Source: Candidatus Multivorans sp.
Lineage (GTDB): Bacteria > Acidobacteriota > Thermoanaerobaculia > Multivoradales > Multivoraceae
Assembly: GCA_965247095.1 (NCBI GenBank)
Contig: OZ251997.1
Span: 3,744,001-3,808,000 of the forward strand
Length of the DNA: 64,000 nucleotides
Direction of reading: 5' to 3'
The notes under the pieces were generated by a model. It did no database searches and had not been told where the DNA came from. It was given only the letters and a program-made list of their open reading frames with translations. Of this stretch, positions 1 to 8,014 are shown piece by piece. The translations under genes and the position numbers were made by a program. Every line of letters starts with the position of its first letter. Within the stretch, counting starts at the first letter, position 1.

Positions 1-174
1 GTAGAGCTGGGCTCCGGCAGCCTCCTGCCCCTGCAGGAAGAGCTGGTAGTCGCCCACGAGCTGGAAGCCGCGCAGGTCGTCCTGGGCCCCTGCGGCCCCC
101 GCGGCGGCCAGGAAGACGGCGACAGCCGCCAGGAGCACGACTACTGTGCTCGTGCGGGCGATGGGAAGTCTCAT
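1..174 (-). CDS. 5' part of a secreted protein (runs off the window edge)
   Basis: Minus-strand ATG at 174 preceded by AGGAAAGGA; reads MRLPIARTSTVVVLLAAVAVFLAAAGAAGAQDDLRGFQLVGDYQLFLQGQEAAGAQLY (signal peptide), open to position 1. Confidence 0.7.
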   Translation of the reverse strand, partial: MRLPIARTSTVVVLLAAVAVFLAAAGAAGAQDDLRGFQLVGDYQLFLQGQEAAGAQLY

Positions 175-230
175 GCGGTTTCCTTTCCTGAAGGCAGGTT
201 GTGTCGTCGAGCGAGGCGGCATCTGGTCCG

Positions 231-1205
231 TCAGCCGCCCTTCGCTCTGGGATGGGTTTCCCGGTAGACCTGAAGCAGGCGTCCGGTGTCCACGTGCATG
301 TAGCGCTGGGTGGTCGCAAGGGAGGCGTGGCCGAGCAGTTCCTGGATCGAGCGCAGGTCGGCGCCGGACTCGAGCAGGTGGGTGGCGAAGCTGTGTCGCA
401 GGGCGTGCGGATGTGCGCCCGCCGCCTGCGCCGTTTCAGCGACGTAGCGGTCGATGACACGGCGGACGGAGCGTGCGCTCAGGCGGCTTCCTTTCTGGTT
501 CAGGAACACCGGTTCGTCCTGGTCGCTTCCGGCGCGCGGGCTCCGGAACACCTCTTCCCAGACGTCGAGCCACTGCCTGAGCGCTTTCTCCGCCGGCTCT
601 CCAAAGGGCGTCATCCGTTCCCGGTCGCCCTTGCCCACGACCCGGAGCACCCTGGCGCCGAGGTCGATGTCGCGCCAGTTCAGGGCGACGAGTTCGCCGA
701 CCCGTAGACCGGAGGCGTAGAGCAGCTCCAGGAGCGCGCGATCCCTGAGACCGAGCGGCCCCGCGCGGCTGGCGGGCGCCTCGAGCAGAACGTCGATCTC
801 GCCGTGCCGCAGGTGGCGCGGAAGCGTCTTCTCGACCTTCGGCGTCGGCACCGACGCGGCCGGGTTCGACTGCATCCGGCCGGTGAGACAGGCGTAGCGG
901 AAAAGCCCCCGGAGCGCCGACAGGTGGCGGCCCTGGGTGCGGCGGGCCAGCCGGCGCTGGTTCAGGGAGGCGACGAAGGACCGGACCAGGAGCTGGTCGA
1001 TGTCTGCGATGTCCGAATCGCTGTCGCCGCCCGCGGCGCGAAAGTCGGCGAAGGCGGCGAGATCCCGGCCGTAGGCGCGGACCGTGTGTTCCGAGCAGTT
1101 GCGCTCCAAGTCCAGGTACTCCAGGAAATCCGCGATCAGCTCGACGAGCGCGCCGCGGCGCCCGGCTTTTTCGCGCGTTCCCGCGCGTTGAACGGTGGTT
1201 CCCAT
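231..1205 (-). CDS. xerC: Tyrosine recombinase XerC
   Basis: [51 protein letters not shown] catalytic motifs; directly follows trmFO. Confidence 0.9.
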   Translation of the reverse strand: MGTTVQRAGTREKAGRRGALVELIADFLEYLDLERNCSEHTVRAYGRDLAAFADFRAAGGDSDSDIADIDQLLVRSFVASLNQRRLARRTQGRHLSALRGLFRYACLTGRMQSNPAASVPTPKVEKTLPRHLRHGEIDVLLEAPASRAGPLGLRDRALLELLYASGLRVGELVALNWRDIDLGARVLRVVGKGDRERMTPFGEPAEKALRQWLDVWEEVFRSPRAGSDQDEPVFLNQKGSRLSARSVRRVIDRYVAETAQAAGAHPHALRHSFATHLLESGADLRSIQELLGHASLATTQRYMHVDTGRLLQVYRETHPRAKGG

Positions 1206-2530
1206 GAGAGTGCTCCCCCGATTTCCATGCTATCGGCCCAGGCCTCCAGGGCCTGCCCGGCACGGGCCACGTAGGCGGCGCGGCGCTCACGCCGCGGCAC
1301 CCGTCTGGCAAAGGGTTCGAGTAGACCGTAGTTGATGTTCGTCGGCTGGTAACGCTTCGGATTCGACTCGGTCAGGTGTCTCGCCAGGGCGCCCAGCGCC
1401 GTCGTGTCGGGCAGCGGCGGCGGTTCGCGATCCTGGTCCTGGAGCACGAGGTAGAGCGCTACGGCAAGTCCGGTGGCGGCCGACTCGAGGTAACCCTCGA
1501 CCCCCGTCATCTGTCCTGCCAGCCTCAGATGAGGCCGCGCGGCAATGCGGTACCAGCGGTCGAGGTGCAACGGCGCATTGATGAACGTGTTGCGGTGCAC
1601 TTGGCCGTAGCGGACGAAACGGGCCGATTCCAGGCCCGGTAGCGTGCACAGGACACGGCGCTGCTCGGGCCAGGTCATCCGCGACTGAAAGCCGACCAGG
1701 TTGTACTGGCTGCGGGCGAGGTCCTCTTGCCGGAGCTGGACGACGGCATGAGGACGGTCGCCGTCCGGGGTCTCCAGGCCGACCGGTTTCATCGGCCCGA
1801 AGCGCAGAGTGTCCTCGCCGCGGCGGGCGAGTTCCTCGATCGGGAGGCAGCCCTCGAAGAACAGGGGCCGTTCGAACTCGCGCAGCTCGATCGTGTCCGC
1901 CTCGAGCAACTGGCGGTGGAAGGACCGGTACTCGGCCTCGTCGAGCGGGCAGTTGAGGTAGTCGTCGCCTCCCTTGCCGTAGCGGGAAGCCCGGAACAAG
2001 AGGTCGTTGTTGAGACTGTCACCCGTGACGATCGGGGCGATTGCGTCGTAGAAGTAGAGATGGTCCGCACCAATCAGTTGCTCGATCTCTCGCGTCAGCG
2101 CTTCGGAGGTCAGAGGCCCCGTCGCGATCACGCAGTCGCATTCGTCCGGCGCCGGCAGTGCGGTCAACTCCTCGCGCCGGAGTTCGATCAGCGGGTGCGC
2201 TTCGATCGCCTCTGTTATGTCGGCGGCAAACCCGGCGCGGTCCACGGCCAGCGCGCCGCCGGCCGGAACCGCGTTGCTTCTCGCGGCGGCGATGATCAGC
2301 GAATCGAAACGCTCCATCTCCCGCTTGAGCAGTCCCGCGGCATGGTGCGGGTCGTCGCTGCGCAGCGAGTTCGAGCACACGAGTTCGGCGAGGTCGCTGC
2401 CGGCGTGAGCCGGCGTGGAGCGCTGCGGCCGCATCTCGTACAGAGTCACCTCGCGGCCCCGGGAGGCGAGTTGGAAGGCGCACTCGCTGCCGGCGAGCCC
2501 GCCGCCAACCACTACGACGGGCGCGGTCAT
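1136..2530 (-). CDS. trmFO: tRNA (uracil-5-)-methyltransferase TrmFO (Gid)
   Basis: VVVVGGGLAGSE FAD motif, ELVCSNS, YFYDAIAP, FGPMKPVGL, AGQMTGVEGY; start placed at MTAPVV. Confidence 0.93.
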   Translation of the reverse strand: MTAPVVVVGGGLAGSECAFQLASRGREVTLYEMRPQRSTPAHAGSDLAELVCSNSLRSDDPHHAAGLLKREMERFDSLIIAAARSNAVPAGGALAVDRAGFAADITEAIEAHPLIELRREELTALPAPDECDCVIATGPLTSEALTREIEQLIGADHLYFYDAIAPIVTGDSLNNDLLFRASRYGKGGDDYLNCPLDEAEYRSFHRQLLEADTIELREFERPLFFEGCLPIEELARRGEDTLRFGPMKPVGLETPDGDRPHAVVQLRQEDLARSQYNLVGFQSRMTWPEQRRVLCTLPGLESARFVRYGQVHRNTFINAPLHLDRWYRIAARPHLRLAGQMTGVEGYLESAATGLAVALYLVLQDQDREPPPLPDTTALGALARHLTESNPKRYQPTNINYGLLEPFARRVPRRERRAAYVARAGQALEAWADSMEIGGALSWEPPFNARERAKKPGAAARSSS

Positions 2531-2558
2531 CGGTGCATCATGGCAAGGGCCTGCCGGC

Positions 2559-2586
2559 TTGACAAGGTTCACCGCTCTACTAAGGT
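2559..2586 (+). promoter_or_regulatory. Putative sigma70 promoter of topA
   Basis: TTGACA (2559-2564), 16-bp spacer, TAAGGT (2581-2586), 11 nt before topA ATG. Confidence 0.45.
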
Positions 2587-2597
2587 CGCCCGCACGC

Positions 2598-5297
2598 ATG
2601 GCTAACTCTCTCGTCATCGTCGAGTCGCCGGCCAAGGCCCGGACGATCGAGCGCTACCTCGGTCCCGGCTACAAGGTCGAGTCCTCGATCGGTCACATCA
2701 GGGACCTGCCGCGGACCGCTGCCGAGGTGCCGCAGAAGTACCGGGGGCGCCCTTGGGCACGTCTGGGTGTCGATATCGAAGGTGGCTTCGATCCCCTGTA
2801 CGTGATCCCCAGCGAGAAGCGGGGTCAGATCACCAAGCTTCGGAGCGCGCTGCGCGGCGCCGACGAGCTGGTGCTCGCAACGGATGAGGACCGCGAGGGC
2901 GAGGCGATCGCGTGGCACCTCCAGGAGGTGCTGCGTCCCAAGGTGCCGGTGCGGCGGATGGTCTTCCACGAGATCACGAAGTCCGCCGTCGAAGCGGCGC
3001 TCAGCGACACCCGGGAGATCGACCGCCGTCTGGTCGACGCCCAGGAGGCGAGGCGGGTACTGGACCGGCTCTATGGCTACGAAGTTTCTCCCGTGCTGTG
3101 GAAGAAGGTTCAGCCGCGGCTGTCGGCGGGCCGCGTTCAGTCGGTGGCGACCCGGATCGTGGTCGAGCGGGAGCGGGAGCGGATGGCGTTCGTACCCGCC
3201 GACTACTGGACCGTGGAGGTGGAGCTTGAGACCGAGGACGGCGAGGCGAGGCGCTTCCCCGCGCGCGTGTCGGCTCTGGGCGGCAGAGCTCTGGCGCGCG
3301 GACGGGACTTCGACCGGAATACCGGCAAGCTGAAGACCGCCGCCCACCTGTTGCTGGAGGCCGAGGCCGGAAGGCTGGGGCATGAGTTGCCAGCGACCCG
3401 GCCCGTGGTCACCGAGGTCAAGGAACAGCCGTTCACCCGCCGGCCCTACGCGCCCTTCATCACCTCGACCCTGCAGCAGGAGGCGGCCAGGAAGCTCCGG
3501 TTCACCGCGCAACGGACGATGAGGGTGGCCCAGGGCCTGTACGAGAACGGCTACATCACATACATGCGCACCGATTCGACCGCGCTTTCGAGCCAGGCGA
3601 TCGCGGCCGCGCGGCTGCAGATCGTCGAACTCTTTGGGCCCGAGTATGTGCCGGAGAAACCGCGCTCATACTCCAGGAGGGCGAACGCCCAGGAGGCGCA
3701 CGAGGCCATTCGGCCCGCGGGCACGAACTTCCGGACGCCGGACCAGGTGCGCGCGAGCCTGGACCAGGACTCCTTCCGCCTCTACGAGTTGATCTGGAAG
3801 CGGACACTGGCGTCCCAGATGAAGGACGCGCAGGGGACGAGTACCAGCGTCCTGCTTTCGACGTCCACACCGTCGGCAGCATCCGTGCAACTGAGCGCCT
3901 CCGGTCGCGTGCTTCGCTTTGCCGGGTTCCTGCGGGTCTACGTAGAGGGCCGGGACGATCCGAAGGCGCGGGCAGAGGACGAGGAGCGCTTTCTGCCGGC
4001 GCTTCGCAAGGGCCAGACGGTCGGCGTGGCGAGTTCCGAACCGAAGGGCCACACGACCCAGCCGCCTGCCCGGTACACCGAAGCCAGTCTGGTGCGGGAG
4101 CTGGAGGAGCAGGGGATCGGCCGGCCGTCGACCTACGCCGCCATCCTGCAGACGATCGTCGACCGGGGATACGTCTGGAAGAAGGGCTCGGCTCTGGTGC
4201 CGACGTTCCTCGCCTTCGCCGTTACACGGTTGCTCGAGCAGCACCTGGGCGACCTCGTGGACCTGGACTTCACGGCGCGCATGGAGAACGACCTGGACGA
4301 GATCGCCGGCGGCGTCCGCGAAGCGGAGCCCTGGTTGCGCAACTTCTACTACGGCCGCGAGAAGGGTCCGGCCGGCGATGGACGCCGGGGTCTGCAGTCC
4401 ATGGTGGGCGAGGGTGTGGACGGCATCGACGCCAAGGCGGTTTGTTCGCTGCGTCTGGGAAACAACGAGGAAGGCCTTGAGGTGGTCGTTCGCGTCGGCC
4501 GCTACGGCACCTACCTGCAGGCCGGTGACGACGGGCAGCGTGTCTCGATCGAGGACAACGTGCCCCCCGATGAGGTCACTCTCGAGTACGCCCTGGAGCT
4601 GCTTCAGGGGGCGTCGGAGCAGAGCGGTCCTCTGGGAAACCACCCGGAGACGGGCGAGCCGATCTACGTCAAGACGGGTCGGTACGGCGACTACGTCCAA
4701 CTGGGCGATCCGAGCCCGGAGGGAAAGGGCCGGAAGCGGTCCCCGAAGGCGGGCAAGCCCAAGATGGCCAGCCTGTGGCCGTCCATGGATCGCGGCAGCC
4801 TGACGCTGGACGAGGCCGTGTTGGTGCTCTCCTTTCCGCGTGAAGTCGGTTCCCATCCGGAGACCGGCGAGCCGGTCTCCGTGCAGGACGGACGGTTCGG
4901 CCCCTACGTTCGCAGCGGCAAGGAGAGCCGCAGCCTGGAACGCCACGAGCAGTTGGCGACCGTGACCCTGGAGCAGGCGCTCGGGCTTCTGAGCCAGCCC
5001 AAGAAGCGGCGTGGCGCCACGATGTCGGTGCTGCGGGAGTTGGGCGAACACCCGCAGAGCGGCCTCGAACTGTCATTGAAGAAGGGGCGATTCGGGCCCT
5101 ACGTGACGGACGGCCAGGTGAACGCCTCGGTGCCCAAGGGCAGGGATCCCCAGGAAGTGGGTCTGGAGGAGGCGGTCGAGTTGCTGGCGGCTCGGGAGGC
5201 CAAGCTCAAGGCCGAGGGCAAGGACCCCAGGGCGCCGAAGCGGCGGCCGGCGCGGAAGCGCAGCACCTCGAAGAAGACGGCGCGCAAGCCCCGCTGA
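2598..5297 (+). CDS. topA: DNA topoisomerase I with C-terminal Topo_C-type repeats
   Basis: LVIVESPAKA toprim, ATDEDREGEAIAWHL, SAGRVQS, catalytic ITYMRTDS, GIGRPSTYA; four GR[YF]G[TDP]Y repeats and Lys/Arg tail. Confidence 0.96.
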   Translation: MANSLVIVESPAKARTIERYLGPGYKVESSIGHIRDLPRTAAEVPQKYRGRPWARLGVDIEGGFDPLYVIPSEKRGQITKLRSALRGADELVLATDEDREGEAIAWHLQEVLRPKVPVRRMVFHEITKSAVEAALSDTREIDRRLVDAQEARRVLDRLYGYEVSPVLWKKVQPRLSAGRVQSVATRIVVERERERMAFVPADYWTVEVELETEDGEARRFPARVSALGGRALARGRDFDRNTGKLKTAAHLLLEAEAGRLGHELPATRPVVTEVKEQPFTRRPYAPFITSTLQQEAARKLRFTAQRTMRVAQGLYENGYITYMRTDSTALSSQAIAAARLQIVELFGPEYVPEKPRSYSRRANAQEAHEAIRPAGTNFRTPDQVRASLDQDSFRLYELIWKRTLASQMKDAQGTSTSVLLSTSTPSAASVQLSASGRVLRFAGFLRVYVEGRDDPKARAEDEERFLPALRKGQTVGVASSEPKGHTTQPPARYTEASLVRELEEQGIGRPSTYAAILQTIVDRGYVWKKGSALVPTFLAFAVTRLLEQHLGDLVDLDFTARMENDLDEIAGGVREAEPWLRNFYYGREKGPAGDGRRGLQSMVGEGVDGIDAKAVCSLRLGNNEEGLEVVVRVGRYGTYLQAGDDGQRVSIEDNVPPDEVTLEYALELLQGASEQSGPLGNHPETGEPIYVKTGRYGDYVQLGDPSPEGKGRKRSPKAGKPKMASLWPSMDRGSLTLDEAVLVLSFPREVGSHPETGEPVSVQDGRFGPYVRSGKESRSLERHEQLATVTLEQALGLLSQPKKRRGATMSVLRELGEHPQSGLELSLKKGRFGPYVTDGQVNASVPKGRDPQEVGLEEAVELLAAREAKLKAEGKDPRAPKRRPARKRSTSKKTARKPR

Positions 5298-5300
5298 GTC

Positions 5301-5417
5301 CTAGCAGCTTGCGCCGTAGAACGAGATTCGACACTTATGGAAACAACATATCGTGTACCCAGGAGCAGGCAAACACTATATGGCGTACGCCAACTTTCCT
5401 GCCGCGCAAGCTCCTAG
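5301..5417. repeat. CTAG-bounded element with imperfect terminal inverted repeats (MITE/REP-like)
   Basis: Left CTAGCAGCTTGCGCCGTAGAA vs reverse complement of right end CTAGGAGCTTGCGCGGCAGGA; related copy ends at 15305. Confidence 0.6.
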
Positions 5418-6619
5418 CGCGCCATCAGCGCGTAGTTCGCGCCCTCGTAGCGGCGCACCAGTCCGTCGACCTCCAGGCGGGCCAGGGTCGCCAGCACGCC
5501 CGGGATCGGAAGGCGTAGGCTGGATGCCAGTTGTTCAGGTGTCCGGGCGCCGTTCCGCAGCGCGACCAGAAGCCCGTCGACCTCGGAATCGGCGCCGCCT
5601 TTTGTAGTGGCGTCGGGGCTGAAGGTGCCGCTGGCACTCATGGCTGAGCCCGCGTCCTCCAGCGGCCTGTGTTCCAGCGCGTCCAGGACGGCGGTCGGCA
5701 GGGTTTCCAACAGCGAATCCGGATCCAGCGCGGGGATGGCGCCGTCCCGGAGCAGCAGGTGGGCGCCCGCCGATTCGCGGGACAGCACGGAACCGGGGAC
5801 GGCATAGACCTCGCGCCCGAGGTCGAGTGCCAGGCGGGCGGTGATCAGGGAGCCGGAACGGCTCGCGGCGCGGACCACGATCGATGCGAAGCCGAGAGCG
5901 GCGATGATGCGATTGCGGATCGGGAAGTGCCAGGGGCGGGGTTGCCAGCCGAAAGGGAACTCGCTGATCAGACAACCCCGCCGGGTGATTTCGGCGGCGG
6001 TCCGCCTGCTGCCCCGGGGGTAGTCGATGTCGAGACCGCAACCGAGCACGGCCGCGGTACGGCCGGTCCCCGCTCTCGCCGAGAGAGCGCTGCGGTGGGC
6101 GGCCTGGTCGATGCCGCGGGCGAATCCGGAGATGATGGTCAGGCCGGCCGCGGCGAGCCGTCTGGCGAACCAACCGGCCACCTCCAGGCCGTATGCGTCC
6201 GCCTTGCGTGAACCCACGATCGCGACACCGGGGCCACCTCCGAGCTTGCCGCGGACGTAGAGGACCGGCGGCGCGTGCAAGCCCAGGTCGGCCAGAGTGC
6301 GCGGATACTCGGCGTCGACAAGAGTGACGATCGTGGCGCCGGCCTCTCGCGCCCTTGCGGTCTCGGCGCCGACGTTTCCAAGGCAGCAGCGGGCCGCGCG
6401 TAGCGTCTCCCGCACTTTGTCGACCGGCGCCTCCAGGCTGTCGGCTGCTTGCTCGGCGAAGTGGTCGCGGGCGAGATCCCGTCCCGCCTGCAGTCGTTGA
6501 GCGAGTGCGCAGACCAACCCCCGGTCCTCGTGCACCATGTTCAGCGCGATGAGGGTCCGGCGGATCTCGTCGCGGTTGGTCTTGTGAGGGCCGCTGTGCG
6601 GGCCCGGTTCTTCTGCCAT
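5414..6619 (-). CDS. dprA: DNA-processing protein DprA
   Basis: VAIVGSR, ISGFARGIDQAAH, FPIRNRIIA, SGSLITA, GREVYAVPG, C-terminal winged helix. Confidence 0.92.
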   Translation of the reverse strand: MAEEPGPHSGPHKTNRDEIRRTLIALNMVHEDRGLVCALAQRLQAGRDLARDHFAEQAADSLEAPVDKVRETLRAARCCLGNVGAETARAREAGATIVTLVDAEYPRTLADLGLHAPPVLYVRGKLGGGPGVAIVGSRKADAYGLEVAGWFARRLAAAGLTIISGFARGIDQAAHRSALSARAGTGRTAAVLGCGLDIDYPRGSRRTAAEITRRGCLISEFPFGWQPRPWHFPIRNRIIAALGFASIVVRAASRSGSLITARLALDLGREVYAVPGSVLSRESAGAHLLLRDGAIPALDPDSLLETLPTAVLDALEHRPLEDAGSAMSASGTFSPDATTKGGADSEVDGLLVALRNGARTPEQLASSLRLPIPGVLATLARLEVDGLVRRYEGANYALMAR

Positions 6620-6713
6620 TGCTGTCTCCCTCGCTGGATCGGGACGTGTTGTCGGCCGAAATCGGCGTTTAGAGACAGAGACGGATTCCGGGCCCGTGAT
6701 CTATACTCGATCG

Positions 6714-7184
6714 GTGACGCGCACTGCTCAATGCCTGCCGCGCGTTCTGCCGTTGATCGTCGGCGTCCTCCTCTTGGTGACGGTGTCTGGTGCTGTCGAT
6801 GCGCAGAAGCGCAAGGTGACCCCTGAGGCGCGGCAGCAGTGGCAATTCGGCGTCGACATGGCCAACCGCGGTCTCTGGAGCGAGGCGCTGTTCCGGTTCG
6901 AACAGGCCCGCCGGATCGAACCGGAACACCCGAAGCTCCTGAGCAACATCGCGGTGGCGCACGAGGCGTTGGGCTTGTTCGAGGAGGCCTTGAACTATTA
7001 CCAGCAGGCCCTGAGGCTGGCGCCCCGCGAACGAGACGTGCGCCGGAACTACTCGCGCTTCGTCGAGTACTACCAGAACTTCAAGGGCGATACCGCCGAA
7101 GAAGAACCCGGCACACCCGGCCCCGCGGCGGCGCCGGGTGTGCGGAACAGCGGCGCGGACGCGCCCCCGGCCGACGGCCGGTGA
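6714..7184 (+). CDS. Secreted TPR-repeat protein
   Basis: Signal peptide then TPRs (WSEALFRFEQA, NIAVAHEALG, ALNYYQQALRLAP); start at GTG 6714 (GTG 6696 possible). Confidence 0.75.
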   Translation: MTRTAQCLPRVLPLIVGVLLLVTVSGAVDAQKRKVTPEARQQWQFGVDMANRGLWSEALFRFEQARRIEPEHPKLLSNIAVAHEALGLFEEALNYYQQALRLAPRERDVRRNYSRFVEYYQNFKGDTAEEEPGTPGPAAAPGVRNSGADAPPADGR

Positions 7185-7269
7185 CGGTCTACAGGACGTG
7201 CTTGGATGTTGCGGGGACCATGGAACAGTTCTTGCACACCGAATGTTGGATGGCGGGAGGTATGACGTG

Positions 7270-7995
7270 ATGAAGCGCGGCAATGGAGTGCCGGCGGTCG
7301 TTGCCCTGGCTGGTCTGCTTACGGGCTTCTTGGGCCTGTTCGCGGTTGCTCCCGCGACCGCCGACGGCACGGTGGAAGTGCGGCTCAAGCTGCCGATGCG
7401 GGCACGGATCGACCTTGCCGGGCGCAACACCCTGCTGCCGGCGCCCTTCCTGGTCGTCAGCCAGGAGGGCGAGGGCCGGATCGAAGGTACGGACATCGAC
7501 GTGCAGGGAGAGTTCGAGCGCTACCTGAACAAGGTTCTCCGCCGGGAGACGGACCTGCGGATCGTCGAGGCCGGCCGGATCGACTACCCGACCTACGACT
7601 TGGAGATGCTGGCGCGTGACGAGGACTTCTGGCGCAGTCTGGGGGAACGGACGCAGGCGGACCTCATCCTTGCCGGCACCCTGGACTTCGATATCCAGGA
7701 CCGTTCGGGCTACCGGACAGAGGAGTACACGTCGCCCTTCGACGGCCGCACGATGTACCGCCAGGTGCTCGTCGAACAGACCGGATTCGAGTACGACATC
7801 GTCGTCATGGTCTTCGACGGCAAGACCGGCGAACTGATCTACAACGACAACTTCAAGGACTTCAAGAGCTTCGAGGGCGAGCAGGCGGATCCGCTGCAGG
7901 GCATGTTCGAGAACCTGTACGCCCTCGAGGACCGCATTCTCGGCGTCTTCACGCAGAAGGACATTGAAGTAGCGCGCGTGATCTTCACGCCCTGA
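7270..7995 (+). CDS. Secreted hypothetical protein
   Basis: GGGAGG SD at 7255-7260, signal peptide MKRGNGVPAVVALAGLL...ATA, between the TPR and Omp85 genes. Confidence 0.75.
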   Translation: MKRGNGVPAVVALAGLLTGFLGLFAVAPATADGTVEVRLKLPMRARIDLAGRNTLLPAPFLVVSQEGEGRIEGTDIDVQGEFERYLNKVLRRETDLRIVEAGRIDYPTYDLEMLARDEDFWRSLGERTQADLILAGTLDFDIQDRSGYRTEEYTSPFDGRTMYRQVLVEQTGFEYDIVVMVFDGKTGELIYNDNFKDFKSFEGEQADPLQGMFENLYALEDRILGVFTQKDIEVARVIFTP

Positions 7996-8014
7996 GGCCC
8001 CACGGGAGGAGCTA

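Noticed and set aside
5318-5345. Possible dif site (TTATGGAAACA resembles a XerD arm) near xerC
   Set aside because: The XerC arm lacks the ATAA inner motif, and the segment is better explained as the interior of the CTAG repeat element.
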